Of a stretch of 60,885 nt of DNA, positions 40,169 through 48,996 are shown piece by piece. Within the stretch, counting starts at the first letter, position 1. Each line of letters begins with the position of its first letter. Under the pieces are notes generated by a model. The model had not been told where the DNA came from. It saw only the letters and a list, made by a program, of their open reading frames with translations, and ran no database searches. The stretch spans positions 1 to 60,885 of the forward strand of contig JBDTJA010000286.1 of the NCBI GenBank assembly GCA_039936075.1, written 5' to 3'. Both the position numbers and the translations under genes were made by a program. The DNA comes from Opitutaceae bacterium (GTDB taxonomy: Bacteria; Verrucomicrobiota; Verrucomicrobiia; Opitutales; Opitutaceae).

Positions 40169-41854
40169 ATGATGACCCGATACTCCCGCTTGAGCTGGTT
40201 GCGCGTGCCCCTGTTGGGGCTCGCGCTTTATTGCAGTCTGGGCGCCCCCCGAATCTGGGCGGATGACCCGAAGCCCGATCCGGCTGGCACGGCCACTGGT
40301 GTCGCGGCAGATGTCCCCGGCTTTATCGTGTCGGTCCCGGCCGACTTGAGCGCCGATGACAAGCAGGACAAGGACAAGCTTAAGGCGTACGCCGACGCCA
40401 GGAAAGCGGCGGACGATTACACGAAGCAGGCTGCGATTGAGCCGTTGGCCGTGAAGCTCGCCGATGGCGTGGGCCACAATCGTGTGGCGATCAACTTCAT
40501 GTGGACGCTGGTCACGGGCTTTCTCGTGATGTTCATGCAGGCGGGCTTTGCGCTCGTTGAGACGGGCCTGTGCCGGGCGAAAAACGCCGGCCACACCATG
40601 TCGATGAATTTCATGATCTACCCGATGGGCATGCTCGGATTTTATGTCTGCGGTTTTGCCTTCATGTTTGGCGGCCTTGGGCCGTTAGGCACGCTGGGTG
40701 GCTACGGAGGGCTGAACAACGAGTTTACCGTGACGCTGTTTGGCCATCCGTTTGGCCTGCTCGGCTTGAAGGGCTTTTTCTTGCAGGGTGCTGGCTACGA
40801 TACGGCGGCCTTCACGCTCTTCCTGTTTCAGATGGTATTTATGGATACGACCGCGACGATCCCGACGGGCGGCGCGGCGGAACGCTGGAAGTTCTCCGCG
40901 TTCATGATTTATGGCTGCTGCATCGGCACGATCATGTATCCGCTGTTCGGCAACTGGGTCTGGGGTGGCGGCTGGCTGGCAGCGCTGGGCACGAACTTCC
41001 CGGCGCTCGGTCATGGTCACGTGGATTTCGCCGGTTCCTCGGTCGTGCACATGCAGGGCGGGGTGATCTGCCTGATCTTCTGCTGGCTCATCGGCCCGCG
41101 CCACGGCAAGTACGACAAGGCCGGCAAGATCGTTCACCCGATCACCCCGCACAACATTCCCTTCGTCATGCTCGGCACGTTCATTCTGGCGTTCGGCTGG
41201 TTTGGCTTCAACCCGGGTTCGACCCTGGCCGGCACTGACCTCCGGATCGCAGTCGTGGCGGTTAACACCATGATTGCCTCAGCCACCGCGGCCCTCGCGA
41301 CCACGCTCTACATGTGGTGGTTCAAGACGAAGAAGCCGGATCCGTCCATGATGTGCAACGGCATGCTGGCCGGCTTGGTGGCCATTACGGCCCCGTGCGC
41401 CTTCGTGAGCGCAGGCGGTGCGGCCCTCATCGGCATCATTGCCGGTCTCATCGTGGTGGAATCGGTGTTCTTCTTCGACCGGATCGGCATCGACGATGCC
41501 GTGGGCGCAATCTCGGTTCACGGCGTCAACGGCGCCTGGGGCTGTCTCTCGATCGGCCTCTTCGCCGACGGCACATACGGCGACGGCTGGAATGGCGTCG
41601 CGGGCACGGTCCGCGGCCTGTTCTACGGCGGCGGCATGGGCCAGTTCTGGGCCGAGCTGATCGGCGTGCTCACCTGCTTCATCGTGGTGTCGCTCCTTTC
41701 CCTCCTGGTTTATTACATCGCCGAGAAACTCGTGGGCAACCGCGTGTCGCTCGAGGTGGAAATCGAGGGCCTCGATGTGCCCGAGATGGGCGTTCCGGGC
41801 TACGCGGGCATCGTGATGGACAGGCAGTCCGAAACCCCGATGCCCCGGGCCTAA
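40169..41854 (+). CDS. amtB: Ammonium transporter (Amt family) with signal peptide and ~100-aa N-terminal extension
   Basis: ATG 40169 (MMTRYSRLSWLRVPLLGLAL). Amt signatures FMQAGFALVETG, DFAGSSVVHMQGG and VHGVNGAWG. Confidence 0.9.
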   Translation: MMTRYSRLSWLRVPLLGLALYCSLGAPRIWADDPKPDPAGTATGVAADVPGFIVSVPADLSADDKQDKDKLKAYADARKAADDYTKQAAIEPLAVKLADGVGHNRVAINFMWTLVTGFLVMFMQAGFALVETGLCRAKNAGHTMSMNFMIYPMGMLGFYVCGFAFMFGGLGPLGTLGGYGGLNNEFTVTLFGHPFGLLGLKGFFLQGAGYDTAAFTLFLFQMVFMDTTATIPTGGAAERWKFSAFMIYGCCIGTIMYPLFGNWVWGGGWLAALGTNFPALGHGHVDFAGSSVVHMQGGVICLIFCWLIGPRHGKYDKAGKIVHPITPHNIPFVMLGTFILAFGWFGFNPGSTLAGTDLRIAVVAVNTMIASATAALATTLYMWWFKTKKPDPSMMCNGMLAGLVAITAPCAFVSAGGAALIGIIAGLIVVESVFFFDRIGIDDAVGAISVHGVNGAWGCLSIGLFADGTYGDGWNGVAGTVRGLFYGGGMGQFWAELIGVLTCFIVVSLLSLLVYYIAEKLVGNRVSLEVEIEGLDVPEMGVPGYAGIVMDRQSETPMPRA

Positions 41855-41946
41855 ATATAAGCGACCAACCGAATCTAACTTAAACATCCACGCCGGCGCG
41901 GAGGCCTAGACTCCGCGTCGCTCCTGGATAATCCCATCCCATCCCC

Positions 41947-42273
41947 ATGCATCTTTTCGATATTCTCCGTCCGGCGGTCGGCCTCGGAGCCGGCGCCTTG
42001 ATCGGCTATGCCTTTGGCCTGCTGCAAAACGCCGCTCTCCGATACAACCAGAAGCTGGAGCAAACCGGCCAGCTCAAGAACGGCTGGTCACTCATGCCGC
42101 GCTCCGGCGCGCGCATTGCGTATCTCCTCGTCGCGCTCCTGCTCGTGCAAGTCATCTGTCCGCTGCTCTTTGTGGGCGGCACCCAATGGGTGGTTTCCGC
42201 GGGGTTGGTCCTAGGTTATGGCTGGACGCTCTTAACCCAGCTGCGTTTGAAGCTCAAGGCAGACCGGGCCTGA
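41947..42273 (+). CDS. Hypothetical small membrane protein (108 aa, ~3 TM) between amt and glnK
   Basis: ATG-initiated ORF with GC-rich third codon positions like its neighbours. Hydrophobic segments AVGLGAGALIGYAFGLL, IAYLLVALLLVQVICPLLFV and WVVSAGLVLGYGWTLL. No recognisable family. Confidence 0.55.
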   Translation: MHLFDILRPAVGLGAGALIGYAFGLLQNAALRYNQKLEQTGQLKNGWSLMPRSGARIAYLLVALLLVQVICPLLFVGGTQWVVSAGLVLGYGWTLLTQLRLKLKADRA

Positions 42274-42326
42274 GCCCGGAATTCCCCGTCGTACAACCTC
42301 CTCAATTATCTTCTTAAAACTCCTGA

Positions 42327-42668
<342 letters not shown>

Positions 42669-42691
42669 TCCCGCTCGGATGCCGGGCGAAA

Positions 42692-42724
42692 GCCGGCGAC
42701 GCGCCCTGCGTCACCGGCTTTTTT
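42692..42724 (+). terminator. Rho-independent terminator after glnK
   Basis: Stem GCCGGCGACGC / GCGTCACCGGC (one mismatch), loop GCCCT, followed by TTTTTT at 42719-42724. Confidence 0.75.
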
Positions 42725-42776
42725 CTAGGCATGAGGCGGCGGCTGGCCGCACGCTAGCGGAGCTCCTGAATTCCTG

Positions 42777-44099
42777 ATGCCTTTCCCGATCTATCTCGCC
42801 GTGGCGGACGTGTCGCCGGTCCTGCTCACGCCGTTTGCCCTGCTGCTGCTCCTGATGGCGGCGATGCCGCTCACGCCGCCCCGGGTCAAGCACCGGTGGG
42901 AGAGGTTTTATCCGCTCGTGGCGCTGGGTCTCGCCGCCATCGTGGCGATTTTTTACCTCGTCAAGATTCCCGGTGGCCGCGTGGAGCTGGCACGCACGGC
43001 CGGCGACTACGTGGCGTTCATCGTCCTCGTGGGCTCGCTGTTTGTGGTGGCGGGTGGCATTCACCTGAAGGTCAAGGGTGAGGCGACGCCGCTGGCCAAT
43101 GTGGTGTTTCTCCTGATCGGGGCGGTGATGGCAAATGTCATCGGGACCACGGGTGCATCCATGGTGCTCATCCGGCCCTGGATCCGGATGAACAAGATCC
43201 GCAGCAGCCCCTATCATGTCGTGTTTTTCATTTTCATCGTTTCCAACGTCGGCGGAGCGCTGACGCCGGTGGGTGATCCGCCACTCTTTCTTGGCTATCT
43301 CCGCGGGGTGCCGTTCTTCTGGCTGATCCAGCATGTTTTCCTCCAATGGCTCGTGACGGTTGGGGCGGTCGTCGCGGCGTTTTACGCCTTCGACTTGCGG
43401 AGCTTTAAACGCATGCCCCGGAAGCTCCAGGCGGAGGTGAAGACGCAGGCCGAGACTTGGCGCTTTGACGGCGGAGTGAACGTGCTGCTGCTACTTGTCG
43501 TCATCGGCGCGGTGTTTTTGCCGGATCGGAATTTCCTGCGCGAAGGCGTGATGCTTCTCGCCGCGGCGGTGAGTCTGGTGGCCACGCCCAAGCAGGTGCA
43601 TGAGGAAAACCAATTCAGCTTTGGGCCCATCAAGGAGGTGGCGCTGCTCTTTGTCGGCATCTTCGCGACGATGCTGCCGGCGCTCGATTATCTGGCGAGG
43701 CACGGCCCGTCATTCCATATCGTCCAGCCGCTGCAGTACTATTTCGCGAGCGGCGCGCTCTCCTCAGTGCTCGACAATGCGCCCACGTTCGCGGGCTTCT
43801 TCCAACTGGCGCGGACCACGGCCGCGGCGCAGGTCCCCTCAGCGTTCGCCTCGGCCCGTGATACAATGAGCGCCACGAGCGTGCTCCTCGCTCAACGGCC
43901 GCTGTATGTGATCGGAGTGAGCCTCGGGGCGGTATTCTTCGGGGCGATGACCTATATCGGCAACGGCCCCAATTTCATGGTGAAAGCGATCGCGCAGGAT
44001 GCCGGCGTGCACTGCCCGACCTTTCTCGGCTATATCTTCAAATACAGCCTGCCGATCCTGCTGCCGATCCTCGCGTTGAGCGGGTGGATTTTTCTCTAG
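42777..44099 (+). CDS. ArsB/NhaD-superfamily (citrate-transporter-like) ion permease
   Basis: 440 aa, ~11-12 TM segments. The overall pattern (GASMVLIRPW, VSNVGGALTPVGDPP, LDNAPT, GNGPNFMV) resembles proteins usually annotated as sodium:proton antiporter or citrate-transporter family. Confidence 0.7.
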   Translation: MPFPIYLAVADVSPVLLTPFALLLLLMAAMPLTPPRVKHRWERFYPLVALGLAAIVAIFYLVKIPGGRVELARTAGDYVAFIVLVGSLFVVAGGIHLKVKGEATPLANVVFLLIGAVMANVIGTTGASMVLIRPWIRMNKIRSSPYHVVFFIFIVSNVGGALTPVGDPPLFLGYLRGVPFFWLIQHVFLQWLVTVGAVVAAFYAFDLRSFKRMPRKLQAEVKTQAETWRFDGGVNVLLLLVVIGAVFLPDRNFLREGVMLLAAAVSLVATPKQVHEENQFSFGPIKEVALLFVGIFATMLPALDYLARHGPSFHIVQPLQYYFASGALSSVLDNAPTFAGFFQLARTTAAAQVPSAFASARDTMSATSVLLAQRPLYVIGVSLGAVFFGAMTYIGNGPNFMVKAIAQDAGVHCPTFLGYIFKYSLPILLPILALSGWIFL

Positions 44100-44563
44100 G
44101 GATTGCGAGTCTCAGGGGATTGGGGGCCACGGGAAACATCCTCAAACAGCTCCAGACTCCGGGCCTTCTCTTTCTCGTAGACAAAAAGTTCCGAATTCAA
44201 GCAACGGAAGTTCTTCCCTTCGTGAAGGACAAGTGTCTGCCAAATCCTCGGCTTGATGTCAGTGCCTTCCTGTACCCACAGGATGGCGCGCCAAGAGTAT
44301 GTTGAGTGATGTTTTAGCAACCTCGCCTGCCGCTGAGTGAGTGGATGGTCGAGTGGGACGTTTGCCAAGGTCGTGAGGGCCGCGGCGAAACTGTCTTTCT
44401 GGTTGTCATGCTCAAAGTAGAACTGAATCGCGACAAACAAGGCGATCGCGCCGACAAAGCCCAGACCGACCTTAGCCACCAAGCCCCAGTCGGCCCAGAC
44501 CGTCCACAAATGACCTCCAGGCCCGCCGAGCTTGGGGGAGAGGGATTCGTGGCGTTCCCTCAT
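44096..44563 (-). CDS. Hypothetical membrane-anchored protein (155 aa)
   Basis: Single ATG-initiated ORF with one TM segment (LVAKVGLGFVGAIALFVAIQFYF). The C-terminal half has visibly lower GC than its surroundings. No family recognised. Confidence 0.45.
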   Translation of the reverse strand: MRERHESLSPKLGGPGGHLWTVWADWGLVAKVGLGFVGAIALFVAIQFYFEHDNQKDSFAAALTTLANVPLDHPLTQRQARLLKHHSTYSWRAILWVQEGTDIKPRIWQTLVLHEGKNFRCLNSELFVYEKEKARSLELFEDVSRGPQSPETRNP

Positions 44564-44598
44564 GCTGCCGAACCCTGGTTAGCGCCGCAATGCTTGGC

Positions 44599-45315
44599 TC
44601 ACTTCCGCTCGTCGCGGGGGGCGCGCTCGAGTTCGCGGCGCATCGTTTTAAGCTCGTTCAACTGGTCCTGCAGTTCTTTCCGTTCTTCCTTGGTCGGGGC
44701 GCGGGCGATTTCGTCGAGGAGATCCTTCTCCGCTTCGAGCAGGCTCACGCGTTCCTGGGCCAAACGGGCGCGGTCGTCGCTTGAGGAGCCGCCGAAAATA
44801 GCCAGGCTATGGGAAACGTCGGAATCGTTCAGCGCGTTGTCCAAGGTCGTCGGCACGGTATTCTTTTTCTCGCGGGCGATCTCGACGTCTTTCTCGTGCT
44901 CCTTGATCAACTGCTCGGTGACGCGGGTTTTGTTCACCTCAACGCGGGGGAGCAGCATGGTGGAGTCTTCCTTGGACGATGCGGCGGTGGCTGTGGCGGC
45001 GGAGGCCCCCGGTTTGGTCGGGGCGGTGGAAACCGCCGGGGCTGAAGCTGCGACGGGCTTGGCGTTCTTATCTGCCGGGGTTTCGGCAGGAATCGGCTCG
45101 GTGGCGACGGTTTTGGTGGATTTTCTCAGGGCGTGCTCGGCAAGGCGCTCGCGGATGGCGGCCTCTAATTTCTTTTGATCAGCGGTGGTCCTGACCGGAG
45201 CGGGAGCCGGAGTCGCGGAGGGCGGGGGGAGCGCGACGTCAGTGTCTGGATCGGCGGCGGCGAGCCGAAGGGTCAGACACACGGACACCAACACGGTGCG
45301 AAAGGGGAATTTCAT
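44599..45315 (-). CDS. Hypothetical secreted Ala/Pro-rich coiled-coil protein
   Basis: ORF 44599..45414. Start ATG 45315 gives a signal peptide (MKFPFRTVLVSVCLTLRLAAA). The eno terminator at 45414-45440 excludes the longer N-terminus. The C-terminal part is charged and heptad-like. Confidence 0.6.
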   Translation of the reverse strand: MKFPFRTVLVSVCLTLRLAAADPDTDVALPPPSATPAPAPVRTTADQKKLEAAIRERLAEHALRKSTKTVATEPIPAETPADKNAKPVAASAPAVSTAPTKPGASAATATAASSKEDSTMLLPRVEVNKTRVTEQLIKEHEKDVEIAREKKNTVPTTLDNALNDSDVSHSLAIFGGSSSDDRARLAQERVSLLEAEKDLLDEIARAPTKEERKELQDQLNELKTMRRELERAPRDERK

Positions 45316-45413
45316 GCGGAGTGGGGTTAGTCGAAACGTAGGACGGATGCGGCGCGAGTCGAGGGGATAGGCACGATGGACAGACACTCGGCGTGAGCCG
45401 GAGTTGCATCGCA

Positions 45414-45440
45414 CAAAAAAGGCCGGGACGAGCCCGGCCT
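45414..45440 (-). terminator. Rho-independent terminator after eno
   Basis: Minus-strand RNA reads GGCCGGG-CUCGU-CCCGGCC followed by UUUUUU (plus-strand A-run at 45415-45420). Confidence 0.8.
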
Positions 45441-45519
45441 TGAGCCAAAGGTAGGCAGGCTGCTCGTAGGCGCGTTTCGGGATGCGCCTGCAAACCTCGC
45501 GGCCTACGTCAAGAGCTCG

Positions 45520-46863
<1,344 letters not shown>

Positions 46864-46994
46864 TCAGCTCGCATCGTTTCGTCCAAACGCTCGGCAATCA
46901 GCGATCAGCGCTGGATAAGGGATTGCTCGAATCTGGACGCCGGTAGCCTGCCGGGAGGTGGGCGAGAGGCACGAAGCGCCGACGAATTCCCGGC

Positions 46995-48020
46995 CTACGA
47001 TGCCTCGCGTATCAGTCCGAGCCGCATGAGCATTCTTCTCATCGCGCCCGGCGCTTTCGGCTGCAGCGCCGGCGGCAATTGGCTGGAATAGCCGCGGGTA
47101 ATAGCTAGGCGCGTGACGGAAACGCCATCGTAATTTCGAACGCTGAGCAGCTCGGGAGTCATCAGTGAGATCGGCACTTGGTCCAGATGGCCTTCGAAGG
47201 CGGCGGCATGAAACGGCGTGTCGCCATTGTCATTGCGGGTCAGCAGGAGATCGGACGTAAGATTGCCGCGGGGAATTTGCGCGAGCTGACCCGTTTCGGC
47301 CGCGGCGTGGATGACGGTGAAGCCGGTCTTGCTCGCACGGATGAGATGGTCGTGCGTGAGAAACTCCGCGGGGATCTGACCCAGATGGCCGGAAATTGCG
47401 GCGGCGTGGAAAACCGTGTCGCCGGCCGAAGTTGGTTCCAGCAGCAGGTTTGCGGTGAGCAGGGCGGATGGCACCTGGTTGAGGTGGCCATTGAACGCGG
47501 CGACATGGAGGACGGTTTCGCCACCGAGATTGCGGGGGAGGAGATGATCGGCGGTGAGAAACCCAGCGGGCAGCCGGTCCAGCGTGCCGTTTTCGGCCGC
47601 CTCGTGGAGGAGCGTGTTGCCCAGATGGTTGCTCAACAGCGCGGTGCCGGGCGTGATAAGGGCGGCCGGGAGCTGGTTGAGATGGCCGTTGGCCGCGGCG
47701 ACGTGAAACACGCTGTAGCCGGAGTTGCTGCTAAGGTTGAGCAGCGCGGGAGTGAGGAGCGCCGCGGGGATTTCGTCGAGGTGCCCGCCGAGTGCGGCAT
47801 GATGCAGCGGAGTGTAGCCGGCATCATTCCGAACGGCGAGGGTGGTTGCGTTGAGCAGGCCAGCGGGCACGAGCGCAAGGCCGCCGTATTTGGCGATCGC
47901 ATGGAGCGGCGTGTTGCCGGCGGCATTGCGCGCGGTCAACCGCTCGAGGGTGAAAAGTCCCGGCGGAAGCTTGAATAACAGGCCCGCGCGGGCGGCCTCG
48001 TGCAGGTCGTAGGTTTCCAT
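46995..48020 (-). CDS. Ankyrin-repeat protein (nine 33-aa repeats)
   Basis: Nine consecutive 33-aa units with consensus LHxAAxxGHLxQIPxxLLTxxxLLxxxNxxGxTx occupy aa 6-302 (about 47115-48005). No signal peptide is evident. Confidence 0.85.
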   Translation of the reverse strand: METYDLHEAARAGLLFKLPPGLFTLERLTARNAAGNTPLHAIAKYGGLALVPAGLLNATTLAVRNDAGYTPLHHAALGGHLDEIPAALLTPALLNLSSNSGYSVFHVAAANGHLNQLPAALITPGTALLSNHLGNTLLHEAAENGTLDRLPAGFLTADHLLPRNLGGETVLHVAAFNGHLNQVPSALLTANLLLEPTSAGDTVFHAAAISGHLGQIPAEFLTHDHLIRASKTGFTVIHAAAETGQLAQIPRGNLTSDLLLTRNDNGDTPFHAAAFEGHLDQVPISLMTPELLSVRNYDGVSVTRLAITRGYSSQLPPALQPKAPGAMRRMLMRLGLIREAS

Positions 48021-48136
48021 GGCGAAGGCATATTTAAGAAAGTTTTACGATCTCGCGGAGGCAAACTAAAAGGCGGCGCTCCGTCGCGACAGGATTCAGT
48101 TTGCCAAGCGCAACTCACGACCCACCATGCCCCGCA

Positions 48137-48559
48137 ATGAATGCCGCAGATGACAGCCCTGCGACCTCGTCCGCAAAGGACGCGGTGCTCCTCATTGATG
48201 ACGAGCAACCACTCCTGGAAATTTTTGCGGATGCGCTTGCGGAATATTTCGACGTGACGACGGCGGCGTCGGCGCGCGAGGCGGAGTTTATCCTGCACAA
48301 GAAGCCGTTTAAGGTCGTCATCGCGGATCATCTGATGCCCGGTGGCAATGGCATGAGTTTTCTGGTGCGCGCCCGGGAGGAATTCCCGCACATGCAGCGC
48401 ATCCTCGTGACGGGTTTCATGAAGCCCGAAATGCTGATGCGCAGTGTGAACGAGGCCGCCCTGTTCCGGTATCTGCTTAAGCCGGTCAAGCTGGCGGACC
48501 TCATCAAGACCGTGCAGGACGCGACGAAAGTGCATGATGCCAGCGTTGCCACTGCTTAA
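48137..48559 (+). CDS. Stand-alone response-regulator receiver protein
   Basis: ATG 48137 (MNAADDSP). Receiver residues LLIDDE, the phospho-acceptor context VVIADHLMPG, VTGF and LLKP. No output domain. Confidence 0.8.
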   Translation: MNAADDSPATSSAKDAVLLIDDEQPLLEIFADALAEYFDVTTAASAREAEFILHKKPFKVVIADHLMPGGNGMSFLVRAREEFPHMQRILVTGFMKPEMLMRSVNEAALFRYLLKPVKLADLIKTVQDATKVHDASVATA

Positions 48560-48602
48560 GTTTTCTCCAATTCTGCCGAAGGGTAACAATTCCAATCACG
48601 CC

Positions 48603-48989
48603 ATGACCGCTCCTGCCTCCACGACCAAGCCGACGGTGCTGCTGATTGACGACGAGCCTGCCATCCTCGAATTGATGAAGGCCGGCCTCGAAGGTGAATT
48701 TGAGATCGAGACGGCGGGATCGGCGGAAGACGCCACGCTCCTGACCGGGACGCGCAAGTATGACATGATCGTCTGTGACCAGATCCTGCCCGGACAGAAC
48801 GGGTTGGAGTTCCTGATGCAGCTGGCCGAGCTGCAGCCGGCGTCGCGCCGCATCATGATGACCGGCTACATCAATCCCGAGTTGCTTTCGCGCGCGGTTT
48901 CCCTGGCTGGGTTGTCGGCGTGCATTCTGAAGCCGGCTCTTCCCGCCGACGTGAAGAAAGAGATCTACAAGGCCCTCGCGACGAAGTGA
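48603..48989 (+). CDS. Stand-alone response-regulator receiver protein (paralogue of the preceding gene)
   Basis: ATG 48603 (MTAPASTTKPTVLLIDDE). Receiver residues IVCDQILPG, MTGY and ILKP. No output domain. Confidence 0.8.
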   Translation: MTAPASTTKPTVLLIDDEPAILELMKAGLEGEFEIETAGSAEDATLLTGTRKYDMIVCDQILPGQNGLEFLMQLAELQPASRRIMMTGYINPELLSRAVSLAGLSACILKPALPADVKKEIYKALATK

Positions 48990-48996
48990 CGCCGCG

